Positions 25,703 through 39,495 are shown, numbered from the whole stretch's first letter. The stretch is 63,903 bases of DNA, filler included, from Nemertoderma westbladi (GCA_032718475.1; 4 parts of 4 records of this genome joined end to end with filler, not necessarily neighbours in it), one strand, 5' to 3'. Notes: a model not told the origin generated them from the sequence alone. Translations and numbers: made by a program.

Positions 25703-26913
25703 GCCAGATTGTTGTTAATGTAGGGATATTTGAAACTATATTCAAAATATATGGAAGAATACTATTTAACTATACTATTTTTAAATTTTCGATGCAATGG
25801 GGGTTTTCCTGGTGGGTGATTGCAGTTTCGATGTTAGAAAAACGTTTTTGGATACCAGACTGTTAGTTCACATTTCATTTCTGACATCTGTCTTTGGAGT
25901 TGACGAATTTTACACTGACTGTCTGTCGATCTACCTGCCAAATTTTAAGAAAGAACACAACCTCGCTAAAGTTTTAGCTAAGGGGGTTTTCCTGGTTGGT
26001 GATTCAATTTCAAATATGATGCCTTTGCGTTGGTCTTTATACCTGTCGGTCTGACCGTCACAAGTTAACTGACAGAAGGACAGACACTCTAGAATCCGTT
26101 AATCGTTAACAGACATCTGATCGGAATCATAAACCAGGAAAACGCCTATAACAAAAATTTCAGTTGTGTATCGCCATTTGTAATTTTTGACTGAAAGACA
26201 AGACAGGCGGGCAGAAAGACAGACATTCTAGAATCCATTCAACATTAACACTGGTATTAGCAGTGATATCACTAAACAGGAAAAAATTGTACAATGCGTG
26301 TGATTTCTTTAATGTGTCTGACAGAACGACTGACAGACAGCTATACCTCGAGAACTAGAGTGATCTCGCTATGTCGTTATCAGTTTTTAAATCGCAAATA
26401 AATTGTTATCAAGAATCTGAAAAAAACTTTGATTTTTTTCAATCATTGTCACAAACAGGTGCCCTTAAGTATAGTGTCTTTGAGAAGCTGTAGAAGAACA
26501 AGAAGTGTCATTGACTGAGATACAGACAGAGGGGGTGGATTTCGGCGCAATAAAAAGTCATCCCCGCTCCAAGGGGAAAATCGACGCAAATAACAGCTGA
26601 TTGATAACTCCCAAAATTATAACCGTAACTAATCCCATTCTATCCTAGTCGCAGTCTCAGTAATAGTCAAACAAGGATTGTAGTGGAGCTGCACATGCTA
26701 TCCCTCTGCTGCATGGAGAAGAATTATCTTTATGGGGATTTACTCAACTGTTATGCTTTCCATACCTCTGATAGCTGGTGAGAGATTTGTCAAGAGAGAT
26801 AGTTTCCCTCACCTAAAAATGCAGGCGCCAGGAATACATAACATTAAATAGATAGATAGTCAAAAACAAAAATATGACACTATGAAACCATAGGTCTCAT
26901 GGTTACTTAGTTA

Positions 26914-27141
<228 letters not shown>

Positions 27142-27863
27142 CTAAAATACAATACCGAAGTCGTTGATATTAATTTAGGGTTGGGTTGGGACAAAATATC
27201 TTTATAATTAAAATTTGTTGCATTTAATAATAGAAATGAGATACTATTAACGCATGAAGTGAGAAAATTCACTGGGCTTCCTAATAAACAAACATTGAAC
27301 ATGAACAATAGACTTTTGGAATTAGAGGGGTGGTTGGGGGTCATTGTCATTGCAGCAAAATGCAGCATATTTTATGATAATATGCTGTTGATGTATGTAC
27401 CTAGGCCTATATATAAGCTATATCCATATAACAATATACGATTACCAATTAATAGAGATTAGCATTAGCTCCATGACACGACAATAATGCAATAAAAACT
27501 CTAGACCCAGCGTACTTTCTATAAAGTACTGCTGTACCGGTACTGTATAATGGTGTTGCTGTAGTACACAAGCACATGACACTCAAGTGTACAGTTAGGC
27601 CTACAAGTGTACTAAACTACCGGTAAGTAAAATGTAGTTTTAGGTTTGTTTTACAGTACTGTATACAGGTTACAGAGCTGCTTCACGCCTGAAGAAGTTC
27701 GCTTTTATGAACTGTATCACTACCTTGCCTTCAACACTTAGTTCCCTTACGTTACCGCTACCGGTAGTCAAACAGTAATACTGAAGCAGGCTGGCAGGCC
27801 TATCATTTGTTGCAGTACGAGAAAAATTCAGAAACGTATTATTAATAGGGCCTATTCACTTAC

Positions 27864-27866
27864 CAT
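27864..27866 (-). CDS. TUBA: Alpha-tubulin exon 1 coding part (ATG only)
   Basis: GAAA-ATG|GTAAGTG; an intron directly after the ATG is the conserved animal alpha-tubulin structure. Confidence 0.85.
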
Positions 27867-28020
27867 TTTCCGATTTTGATATATTATGCTGGTCCGATGA
27901 GTGGTAATTCAATTTAAAGTAAACAGATAACGGTGAAGTGTTATTACAGTATTAACTATTAACAGCGACTGTATCAATAATGAAACAACGCCGAATGATC
28001 ATTAGGATGAATGAAGGCTC

Positions 28021-28069
28021 CTTTTATACTCGTTGCTAGGGTAATACGGAATCCAGACAATTTGATTGG
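28021..28069 (-). promoter_or_regulatory. Alpha-tubulin promoter: TATA + RFX X-box-like site + CCAAT
   Basis: TATAAAAG (28021-28028), GTTGCTAGGGTAAT (28032-28045), CCAAT (28065-28069). Confidence 0.75.
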
Positions 28070-28475
28070 ACACCAGCTCCCTATCCTGGAAAATGTGTCA
28101 TCCACTTCTCCCCACAAGCTAAGCAGTACTGTCTGAATTGGGTAATATAGGAAGCAGGGAATATAATAAGGCTAGTGAGTCAGGGAGGGCTCCAATTTGG
28201 CCCATGCCATAACAGCCGTGACTGTATGAGCATAACCAATAACCATTGCTCCGAAAGAACTGCAATATTGAGGTGAAGCATCAAAGTCACAAATGCATTG
28301 ACATAGGTGTGTTTAAAGAGAATAGTAGTAATACGGTAGCATAGAATACAGTACAGTAGGTCAGGGCCACCATTATTATAAAATACGATGGCATTTACAA
28401 ACACACAACCTTTGTTGTTGACCCTCCATGTTCACGGGATAAACGTTACGCCGACGACAAAACCCCAACAGCACA

Positions 28476-30075
28476 CGGCATCAGCCGACAGATATCAGCC
28501 GACAGCTATAATCTGACAGCTACCAGCCGACAGCTATCAACCGACAGCTATCAGCCGACAGCTATCAGCCGACAGCTACCAGCCGACAGCTATCAACCGA
28601 CAGCTATCAGCCGACAGCTATCAGCCGACAGCTATCAGCTGACAGCGTTCAGACGACAGGTATCAGCCAATAGTTATCAGCCGACAGTTATCAACCGACA
28701 GCTGTCAGTCGACAAGTATCAGCCCTAACAGCCGACAGCTTTCAGCCGTCAGATAACAGCTGACATCTGTATCTCGATAGCTAATAGCTCAGCCAACAGC
28801 TATCAACCGCCAACTATCAACCGACAGCTATCAACCGACAGCTATCAACCGACAGCTATCAACCGACAGCTATCAACCGACAGCTATAAGCCGACAGTTA
28901 TCAACCGAGAGCTATCTGCTCCGGCAGCCGACAGATATCAGCCGTCCTCTAGCTATCAACATCATAGTTTGAAACAGTTACAACTCGAATATAACTAACT
29001 AGTAACTGTGCCAATTCAACCAACGCGTATGCCACAACTAAGACCAGTAAATTAATAATTTACCTATAAACAGCCACGCACCAATATTTAGCAGTAGTCG
29101 ATTCAGTTTTTTTGTGTCGTTCAAATTTGATTTATTGTGTCTGTTAGAAAAATTGTCAAATTAATCAGACCGAATTATATACAACCTCGTACACAGCAGC
29201 TGGAGCAGGTGGTCTAACCAATATAAAGGCGACCATAAGGGTTTCCTGTCTTCTCCCGTATGCATTCAACTATGGTCGACCTAACTTTAACCTCAGTGGG
29301 TCTAGTGGATTTTGAACAGTATTTATAAACGCCATTTAATTATAATGTTGTAGGTTTTATGGTCTGCCAGCAGTGGGATGCCAGAGTAGCCAAAAACCCA
29401 AATCTGAAGTTTTTTTGTAAATATTCTAAGGATGGCAGTAGGCCTATGTACATTAAATGTTCTAAAGTGACCAGCTTCTCGTTTCAATTACTAATATTAG
29501 GCTAAATAAACTAGAAATGTTTTGAATTGTTATTTTTTATGATAGCTGTCAGCTCTAATTGTCGGCTAGAGCTGATACCAAACTGTCGCTTGCATCTGTC
29601 GGCTGATAGCTGTCGGTTAATAGCTGTTGGCTCTAGTTGTCGGCTAGAGGTGATACCCAACTGTCGGTTGTAACTGTCGGCTGTTAGCTGTCGGTTGATA
29701 GCTGTCAGCTGACAGCTGACGGTTAATAGCTGTCTGCTCTAGTTGTCGGCTAGAGGTGATACCAACTATCGGTTGCAACTGTCGGCTGTTAGCTGTCGGT
29801 TGATAGCTGTCAGCTGACGGTTAATAGCTGTTGGCTCTAGTTGTCGGCTAGAGGTGATACCCAACTGTCGGTTGCAACTGTCGGTTGCAACTGTCGGTTG
29901 CAACTGTCGGTTGCAACTGTCGGTTGCAACTGTCGGTTGTTAGCTGTCGGTTGATGGCTGTCGGTTAATAGCTGTTGGCTCTAGTTGTCGCCTAGAGGTG
30001 ATACCAACTATCGGTTGCAACTGTCGGCTGTTAGCTGTCGGTTGATAGCTATAGCCTAATGCTGTCGCCTGATAT
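28476..30075. mobile_element. Foldback-like element with inverted arrays of a 14-bp subterminal repeat
   Basis: (CAGCTATCA[A/G]CCGA)n at ~28476-28960 and its reverse complement (TCGG[C/T]TGATAGCTG)n at ~29540-30075, around a unique ~580-bp core. Confidence 0.7.
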
Positions 30076-30185
30076 TATTAATTATACTTACAGAAATCTA
30101 GTACAAATAACGGGAAAGAGACAACTGTACTTTGATGGAGCCTAGACTGGACTGAAGCGAGAATCACGTACATTATTTATAAAAC

Positions 30186-30259
30186 GGGACTCTTACACTT
30201 TACCGTGCCATTATAGCCATATTTTGATATAATAAAATGATCTTAAAATATTTGTTCTA
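30186..30259 (-). mobile_element. Isolated terminus of the 9657-10496 MITE family
   Basis: Near-exact reverse complement of ~10423-10496. Confidence 0.85.
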
Positions 30260-30795
30260 TAAAATTAATATTTTATGTAACTTTAATTAACCCTAAGTCA
30301 TATTCGACGCAATTTAGCTAAATTTATTAGATATCACACATGGAACTTCTAATTCACATATAATGTTGCAGTACTGGAAATATAACATTTGGGTTGTCGC
30401 CGCCACTATTGTTACCTTGCAAACAAAATTGCCAACAGACGCGAGCTGTCCAGGAATGAGTTCTGGGTATTGTAGAAAAACTTACCGGTTTGCATGCAAT
30501 GGGTGGGGGGGGGGGGGGGGGGGGGGGGGGCGTCTCAATGTGAAATTATCTTTGAAAGGAGCATGTTACTGTGACATGTTACATTAACCAAAACAACAAA
30601 CTGCAGTCAATATTGAATAATAGAACAGGTTACAGTTTAATTTTTGAGAGTAATCAGCTGTCATTGGCGTAGATTTTCCACTGGAGAATAATTAAATTTG
30701 ACCCCCCCCCCCCCCCCCCCCCCATCAGTCTGATATTTTCCCTACACTAGTACCATTACTCTGATCGAACAAACTTTAATTGGAGAACATTAATT

Positions 30796-33139
30796 GTAGG
30801 GGGATGGTGGGGGACCCCAACCTAATGGTAGGGGGATGGTGGGGGACCCCAACCTAATGGTAGGGGGTGGTAGTGGTGGGGGACCCCAACCTAATGGTAG
30901 GGGGATGGTGGGGGACCCCAACCTAATGGTAGGGGGATGGTGGGGGACCCCAACCTAATGGTAGGGGGATGGTGGGGGACCCCAACCTAATGGTAGGGGG
31001 ATGGTGGGGGACCCCAACCTAATGGTAGGGGGATGGTGGGGGACCCCAACCTAGTGGTAGGGGGATGGTGGGGGACCCCAACCTAATGGTAGGGGGATGG
31101 TGGGGGACCCCAACCTAATGGTAGGGGGATGGTGGGGGACCCCAACCTAATGGTAGGGGGATGGTGGGGGACCCCAACCTAGTGGTAGGGGGATGGTGGG
31201 GGACCCCAACCTAGTGGTAGGGGGATGGTGGGGGACCCCAACCTAATGGTAGGGGGATGGTGGGGGACCCCAACCTAATGGTAGGGGGATGGTGGGGGAC
31301 CCCAACCTAGTGGTAGGGGGATGGTGGGGGACCCCAACCTAATGGTAGGGGGATGGTGGGGGACCCCAACCTAATGGTAGGGGGATGGTGGGGGACCCCA
31401 ACCTAATGGTAGGGGGATGGTGGGGGACCCCAACCTAGTGGTAGGGGGATGGTGGGGGACCCCAACCTAATGGTAGGGGGATGGTGGGGGACCCCAACCT
31501 AATGGTAGGGGGATGGTGGGGGACCCCAACCTAATGGTAGGGGGATGGTGGGGGACCCCAACCTAATGGTAGGGGGATGGTGGGGGACCCCAACCTAATG
31601 GTAGGGGGTTGGTGGGGGACCCCAACCTAATGGTAGGGGGATGGTGGGGGACCCCAACCTAATGGTAGGGGGTTGGTGGGGGACCCCAACCTAATGGTAG
31701 GGGGATGGTGGGGGACCCCAACCTAATGGTAGGGGGATGGTGGGGGACCCCAACCTAATGGTAGGGGGATGGTGGGGGACCCCAACCTAATGGTAGGGGG
31801 ATGGTGGGGGACCCCAACCTAATGGTAGGGGGATGGTGGGGGACCCCAACCTAATGGTAGGGGGATGGTGGGGGACCCCAACCTAATGGTAGGGGGATGG
31901 TGGGGGACCCCAACCTAGTGGTAGGGGGATGGTGGGGGACCCCAACCTAATGGTAGGGGGATGGTGGGGGACCCCAACCTAATGGTAGGGGGATGGTGGG
32001 GGACCCCAACCTAGTGGTAGGGGGATGGTGGGGGACCCCAACCTAATGGTAGGGGGATGGTGGGGGACCCCAACCTAATGGTAGGGGGATGGTGGGGGAC
32101 CCCAACCTAATGGTAGGGGGATGGTGGGGGACCCCAACCTAATGGTAGGGGGATGGTGGGGGACCCCAACCTAATGGTAGGGGGATGGTGGGGGACCCCA
32201 ACCTAATGGTAGGGGGATGGTGGGGGACCCCAACCTAATGGTAGGGGGATGGTGGGGGACCCCAACCTAATGGTAGGGGGATGGTGGGGGACCCCAACCT
32301 AATGGTAGGGGGATGGTGGGGGACCCCAACCTAATGGTAGGGGGATGGTGGGGGACCCCAACCTAATGGTAGGGGGATGGTGGGGGACCCCAACCTAATG
32401 GTAGGGGGATGGTGGGGGACCCCAACCTAATGGTAGGGGGATGGTGGGGGACCCCAACCTAATGGTAGGGGGAGTGGTGGGGGACCCCAACCTAGTGGTA
32501 GGGGGATGGTGGGGGACCCCAACCTAATGGTAGGGGGATGGTGGGGGACCCCAACCTAATGGTAGGGGGATGTGGTGGGGGACCCCAACCTAATGGTAGG
32601 GGGATGGTGGGGGACCCCAACCTAATGGTAGGTGGTGAGTGGTGGGGGACCCCAACCTAATGGTAGGGGGATGGTGGGGGACCCCAACCTAATGGTAGGG
32701 GCTAGGGTAGTGGTGGGGGACCCCAACCTAATGGTAGGGGGATGGTGGGGGACCCCAACCTAATGGTAGGGGGCTGAGGGTAGTGGTGGGGGGACCCCAA
32801 CCTAATGGTAGGGGGATGACGTGGGGGCCCCAACCTAATGGTAGGGGGATGACGGGGGACCCCAACCTAATGGTAGGGGGCTACGGGTAGTGGTGGGGGA
32901 CCCCAACCTAATGGTAGGGGGATGGCGGGGGACCCCAACCTAGTGGTAGGGGGCTGAGGGTAGTGGTGGGGGGACCCCAACCTAATGGTAGGGGGATGGC
33001 GGGGGACCCCAACCTAATGGTAGGAGGATGGCGGGGGACCCCAACCTATTGGTAGGGGGGTGGTGGGGGATCCCAACCTTATGGTAGGGGGATGGCGGGG
33101 GACTCCAACCTAATGGTAGGGGGCTGAGGGTAGTGGTGG
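30796..33139. repeat. 32-bp G-rich minisatellite (~70 copies, runs into the gap)
   Basis: Unit GTAGGGGGATGGTGGGGGACCCCAACCTAATG, highly homogeneous, degenerate near the 3' end. Confidence 0.97.
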
Positions 33140-33239
33140 NNNNNNNNNNNNNNNNNNNNNNNNNNNNNNNNNNNNNNNNNNNNTTAATTAATTAANNNNN
33201 NNNNNNNNNNNNNNNNNNNNNNNNNNNNNNNNNNNNNNN
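33140..33239. other. Artificial contig linker
   Basis: N44-TTAATTAATTAA-N44. Confidence 0.97.
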
Positions 33240-36200
33240 AGAAACTTCCTTACGTAAATTTAATGGCTGCAACGTGGTGTTCTATTTATACCAAATTTTG
33301 TGTCGTGGTCCGTGTTTTAGTTCATAATGGCTTTTATTTTTTTGTTTAATCAAATTACCATGCTGGATCGGATAGCGGACAAGACAAGACAATATTCGTG
33401 AAATATAGAGTTAAGAAAAAGCTAGCTTTCGAATATTTTACCCGCGTCCAATCTCCGACCTCATAATGAGCAACTTTTGTTGGAGATATTCGGAAAATTT
33501 TCGCCCGGTAAATAAATCCAACTAGATTACAGTGACTGTGTCGCTGATTATCACAACAACTCTAATCTGGAAACGATAATTTTGAAATATAATTGGAAAT
33601 TCTCAAATATAAATCTGAAATTCAATAATTATAGACTGCTTCTGAACTCAAATGTTATAATTTTTGAAAACGAAATATAATTTGAATAAGTGCAAATTAG
33701 ATTTTCTGCAATTATTATAAATTTAACTTGGTGAATACATTTGGGAATTTCTGGATTGTAACTGGAATTTTTGAAATCAAAATAGCAAAATTGAAATTAA
33801 ATTAAAACTTTCTGAAGTTTAAGTGGGATCATGAACCCCAATTACAATATTGTGAAATCAAAATACAATTACTGAACTCTAATTAAAATATTATATTATA
33901 TAATTAAATTGTATTTTCTGAATTCAAAGTATGGAAATCTATTTTCTGAAGTATGGAAAAGATGTGGACTAGAGTTTGAACGATTCCAAATAAACTTCAA
34001 ACTTCTCTATGAGCCAGACTGTGTGGCATTCAAGCCTAAATGGTTCTGCGGAACATAAACATGGCACATGGAGTAAAAGTAAATCCGGAACAACGACGGC
34101 TAGTCCAATTAACCAGAATGGCGGAATGAGTCCAATATACTCGGAATGTAGACAATGGGCAGTGGAATTTGTGGAATTTCGGAGGGCCAAATGTAATGTC
34201 CGAAATTCCAAAAAACTTCTTAGTCTCATCGTAATTATAATATTCATTAATTAAAATGAATTTAGAGAATAATAATTACTAAAATAAAAAGATGTTTAAC
34301 TTTATAATTCAAATAACAATAAATAAACTTTATGAAAATCCTAATAATCAAACGGTAATAATTATTAACAAATCAAAGTTTCAGAAACAAATATTATATT
34401 TAAATTAAATTGAACGGATATTATGTGGACAGCATTAGGATATAAAATTGAACCAATCACCAAATAAATAAACTAAAACAGAAAGATAGGGTTGCTAGGC
34501 TACCGGTAAACAATACACGGTCTGACTGCTACAGTTACTCAATGATTACCCTACCGGCACTGAATTAACTAGGCCTATATAAATCTACAGCCCAGCTGAT
34601 GTTGCGCACACTTCCTGTAATTCGGGTGATAACAACTCCAGTTCCAGAATTTATTATATAAATCAACCGAACAGCAGTAATTCTAGATCCTTCGGCACTC
34701 AATACGGCCCTCCAGGCCTCAGGGGTTTCTCACTGTCTCCATAACGTCTCTCCAGAATCAAGCGATGGGTCAGCCCTCCCACATCTACAGACACCAACAG
34801 ACCCCCCCCCCCCCGGACCCCATCCCGGACTGCTGACCCCCCCCCCCCCCCGACCCCATCCCGGACTGCTGACCCCCACCCCCCCCCCCCCGACTGTACA
34901 CCCGGTATTCATACATCAGCTCCCTGGCCCCGGTCCGCAAACCTTTATTTCATTATCACTCAAACTGCCGGCCAACCAACCGGGACCCGTTCGAGTTGAA
35001 CCGAATACAGACACCAAACCGACCCAGATTGCCCCCCACCCAGTTAGTAACAGTATAACGCCTCCCTTGTTATTGATATTAATGAAATCCCCACCATCGT
35101 ACCCACATGTTCCAATGATGTCCCGGTTGGAGGGAATTATATATATTCCGTACCTATATGACCCCCCCCCCCCCTACCTACCACTAACCCCCCCCCCCCC
35201 TGGTACCGCCACTACGACGACCCTCCAACCGGTCGCTTCCCGCTCCCAGACTAATACTGACCCCCTACCGGTTCCCGAGGCAACGCGGTTCCCGTCGGTA
35301 GAAACCGCGACTCTCCAGTAATCGGTAGAATCTCCGGATCGCGGTAGATATTCCATTGTGTTGAGCGTTGATGAGTTTATTATACAGGGGAGGTTGCTGT
35401 ACGACACGAAGACAACCCCCTCGGTACCCGGGCTCTGTTTGAGTTCTCAGATCGTCGCCGTTGTTTATTTAATCTAGAAGATAAAATAAATAATTAGTAG
35501 CGATAGCGAGAGACCGGTATTATACCGCGGTAACGAGACATTTATAGATCCAGAATAATTTAGTTTTATTCTATGATACCACGGCGGTTATAATTATTAT
35601 TAAATATATATAAATTATTAAACATATTATAAATCATCGGAATTATCCTTCCTTATCATGGCCTACCAGTCCTCTAATTTGTCTGATAAGAAGAAACTAG
35701 TAGAATCTTTATATTCTGAAGTTGAAATGTGTTAAACACTGCCGAAAAAGGTTGTAATTTCAAAACGACGGATGACAGCAAACTATAAAGGCTGCTCATT
35801 AAAAAAATATATCGCGCCTACATCAAAAATCCTACCGCTGCTACTGTAATTTATAAAAATCAAGAATTTGAAACTAATTCTGGAAATATGCGAAAGTCTT
35901 TGTTGAGTTTTCGTGTGAATCTAACTAAAAATGGCTGTAAGTAAGTATGTGTCTAATAAATATATGTATGTATGTATCTATACATGTTGTTGTACAGTAT
36001 GTATCTGGCTGGTATCCATCTATATAGTATGTACAGTTTCGAGACTTTGTACAGTTATAAACTAAAGGTTCCGCAGTCTTTGTTTGGAATAAAATATTTT
36101 CAGAGAAAACAAGACGACCGCAACGTGGCTTGGAATTTAAGACGAGTACTGAGTTAAATATACTGATCGGGTTCGTTTCTAGTATCTAATATAATTAAAA

Positions 36201-36419
36201 TTAAAAAGGTACTGGGTAATTTCACTATTTAAGAAAACTGCAGGACGTGGGGAAATTATAAAATTGTAGAGAATTGTTGTCGAATGAAAAGAATTTTGTG
36301 TTTATTTAGTAGAAATCATAATTATTTATTATATTTCCTAATATATTTAAATTATATCCTGCAACTTAGTTTAACTAATAAACATGTAACCATGATAGAG
36401 TTCGCTTAGTAGGTGAAAT

Positions 36420-36926
36420 TCAGGTGAGACTATAGAAATATATTTGTCAGATTTGACGTGGATGTTATTGTTGACGGGAATAAAACCGTCAGATATCCAT
36501 AAAAAGGATCCAATTCTTAAATGTCAATTGATATACGGTTTACCTCCAGACGTAAGCAATAAATTAGTCACTATGACCTCGACAGAGGATTCAGTTATGA
36601 GTGTCGAAGATCTAGTCCAGAAGGCGAGGAGGATAGTAGCGAGCCGAAGTGTGATCGAGAAGTTTGATTTTCCGGTTGGGGCGTTGAGAGGTAAAGCGAG
36701 TAACATTGAACATCGTGTGCCATCTAGCGGTTATCGGACGAAGAGTAAACCAAAAGGCATGTTGCCTTACAATACAAATGCGGAAATCAAAAGGTCATAT
36801 CGCTTCCAGGTTACGCTTCAACCTAGGCTTAATATTATATCAACCAATGGTGTATCAGTAGATGCTATTTTGTTAATAATTAATTGTTCAATGAAATGTG
36901 ACGAATACGTAACAGTAGATAATTAA
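36420..36926 (+). pseudogene. Retrotransposon Gag capsid-like fragment (Ty3/Gypsy-like)
   Basis: SGETIEIYLSDL..ILKCQLIYGLPPDV..SVEDLVQKARRI resembles the GE..Y..L..F..GL..L..A capsid C-terminal pattern. Confidence 0.5.
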
Positions 36927-38240
36927 ATTGGTGCTACAGTAGATAATTCCATTAATGCTACAGTAGATAATTAAATAGGTGCTACAGTAGATAATTCCAT
37001 TGGTGCTACAGTAGATAATTCCATTAATGCTACAGTAGATAATTCCATTAATGCTACAGTAGATAATTCCATTGGTGCTACAGTAGATAATTCCATTGGT
37101 GCTACAGTATATAATTCCATTAATGCTACAGTAGATAATTCAATTTGTGCTACTGTAGATAATTCCATTGGTGCTACAGTAGATAATTCCATTAATGCTA
37201 CAGTAGATAAATCAATTTGTGCTACTGTAGATAATTCCATTGGTGCTACAGTAGATAATTCCATTAATGCTACAGTAGATAATTCCATTGGTGCTACAGT
37301 AGATAATTCCATTGGTGCTACAGTATATAATTCCATTAATGCTACAGTAGATAATTCAATTTGTGCTACTGTAGATAATTCCATTGGTGCTACAGTAGAT
37401 AATTCCATTAATGCTACAGTAGATAATTCAATTTGTGCTACTGTAGATAATTCCATTGGTGCTACAGTAGATAATTCCATTAATGCTACAGTAGATAATT
37501 CAATTTGTGCTACTGTAGATAATTCCATTGGTGCTACAGTAGATAATTCCATTAATGCTACAGTAGATAATTCCATTGGGGCTACACTAGATAATTCCAT
37601 TGGTGCTACAGTAGATAATTCCATTGGTGCTACAGTAGATAATTCCATTAATGCTACAGTAGATAATTCAATTTGTGCTACTGTAGATAATTCCATTGGT
37701 GCTACAGTAGATAATTCCATTAATGCTACAGTAGATAAATCAATTTGTGCTACTGTAGATAATTCCATTGGTGCTACAGTATATAATTCCATTAATGCTA
37801 CAGTAGATAATTCCATTGGTGCTACAGTAGATAATTCCATTGGTGCTACAGTAGATAATTCCATTAATGCTACAGTAGATAATTCCATTGGGGCTACACT
37901 AGATAATTCCATTGGTGCTACAGTAGATAATTCCATTAATGCTACAGTAGATAATTCCATTGGTGCTACAGTAGATAATTCCATTAATGCTACAGTAGAT
38001 AATTCCATTGGTGCTACTGTAAATAATTCCATTAATGCTACAGTAGATAATTCCATTGGTGCTACAGTAGATAATTCCATTGGTGCTACAGTAGATAATT
38101 CCATTGGTGCTACAGTAGATAATTCCATTGGTGCTACAGTAGATAATTCCATTGGTGCTACAGTAGATACTTCCATTGGGGCTACACTAGATAATTCCAT
38201 TGGTGCTACAGTAGATAATTCCATTGGTGCTACAGTAGAC
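36912..38240. repeat. 24-bp tandem array (~55 copies)
   Basis: Unit GCTACAGTAGATAATTCCATT(GG/AA)T; no frame-breaking indels (the minus-strand frame is open 36971-38242). Confidence 0.97.
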
Positions 38241-38244
38241 AAAG

Positions 38245-39495
38245 GTGGGAGAGGTCGTCAAGTTTAATGGAGATGAGATGAAATGGTTACCTTTTAATGA
38301 ATATTATAAAGATAACATACAGAACTCTGTACTATCTAACGGAGAGAAACTTAGATTCCTCATCGAGTGCTTGGAAGGACCTCCCAAGTTAATGGTGTTA
38401 AAGTTTATTGGACATCCAGATGGATTAAGACAAGTTTGGGATACACTAAAAATCAGGTATGGTAATAGGACTAACATAGCTAGGTATTTATATGCGAAAT
38501 TAGTAGCGCCCCGAAAGTTTCTTAGCAGCGGGATTATAGAGTTTTCCGATGAGATTCAGGAGATCTGTAGACAGCTAGATTGGTTAGGTAAGTCTCAGGA
38601 ATATCAGAGTTCTATGGTTGTTGGAGCCGTAGCATCTACTTTGCCAAAAGGTGGAGTAGGTACTCGTTGGGACAAAAGGGTTCTCTATATGATGGACCAG
38701 CAACAAAGAGACCCTACCATGGCTGATCTCATGTCATTCTTAAATGGAGAGGTAAGATTACAGCTCCTAAAGCAGTCCAGAGAGAAGACACCGGAAAGTA
38801 AGGTGAGTGAAAAACCCATTTCTAGGAGAAAAGTAACACCAGTGTGTTATACAGACGACGGCGAAAGCCAAACCTCATACGAGGAAAACAGCGGTAAGGA
38901 CACCAAAAGATCTTATTATGTCAATAAAACGAGAAAAGACATAAGTAAATCTAAGTCTCGAACCAGTGACAGGAGAGAACAGGTAACAACTCCTCCTACG
39001 TCTCCTAAGAGAATTCATGGAAGAAAGCCCGAGGAAAGAACAAGTTTGCACAACACCACACAGGTTAAAGTAAGTAACATCAAATCCAAATGTGCATTGT
39101 GCGACGGGCCCCATCGCTTGAGTGGGTGTGATGAATTCTTGAAGAAATCCCTTAAAGATAGACGTGATGTCATGTGGGATAAGCGGTTGTGTTATAATTG
39201 CCTCAGACGAGGACACCAACGGCGGACCTGTTACTCAGACGCGAGGTGTGCTAAGTGTGGCGCGAAACATCATATCTTGCTGCACACCGAATTTGACAGA
39301 ACCCGCACGAGTCAGGTAAGTGAGCCCGAACTACATGTCCAATTCAGTGATGTGAACGACACTGACCACAGCTCTGAGATGGAAGGATTCTACACGGACG
39401 AATTCTCCAACAAAAATGAATCCTGTTATATGATAAACACCGCTGTGTATCGAGAGCTTTCGTACGAGACTGAATCGGAAATGGAAGATCCTTGA
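38245..39495 (+). CDS. gag: BEL/Pao Gag (5' end missing or disrupted)
   Basis: KFNGD..WLPF..EKLRFL..L..RYG (DUF1759-like) and the BEL triple knuckle CALCDGPHRLSGC / CYNCLRRGHQRRTC / CAKCGAKHHILLH. Confidence 0.9.
   Translation: MGEVVKFNGDEMKWLPFNEYYKDNIQNSVLSNGEKLRFLIECLEGPPKLMVLKFIGHPDGLRQVWDTLKIRYGNRTNIARYLYAKLVAPRKFLSSGIIEFSDEIQEICRQLDWLGKSQEYQSSMVVGAVASTLPKGGVGTRWDKRVLYMMDQQQRDPTMADLMSFLNGEVRLQLLKQSREKTPESKVSEKPISRRKVTPVCYTDDGESQTSYEENSGKDTKRSYYVNKTRKDISKSKSRTSDRREQVTTPPTSPKRIHGRKPEERTSLHNTTQVKVSNIKSKCALCDGPHRLSGCDEFLKKSLKDRRDVMWDKRLCYNCLRRGHQRRTCYSDARCAKCGAKHHILLHTEFDRTRTSQVSEPELHVQFSDVNDTDHSSEMEGFYTDEFSNKNESCYMINTAVYRELSYETESEMEDP

Noticed and set aside
23236-25745. Many long His/Pro-rich and Trp/Gly-rich ORFs (up to 736 aa)
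   Set aside because: By-products of a simple repeat inside tubulin intron 2; open in several frames at once.
27689-27717. Hammerhead-like CTGAAGA-AGTTC..GAACT in tubulin intron 1
   Set aside because: The stem is followed by GTAT rather than GAAA and no stems I/III are evident.
35174-35407. Short ORF with a WD40-like phrase (VAVSTDGNRVASG)
   Set aside because: A single short resemblance with no further repeats or clear splice context.
36971-38242. 423-aa STVAPMEL repeat protein on the minus strand
   Set aside because: The ORF coincides exactly with the tandem array, with no unique flanking coding sequence; not called a gene.
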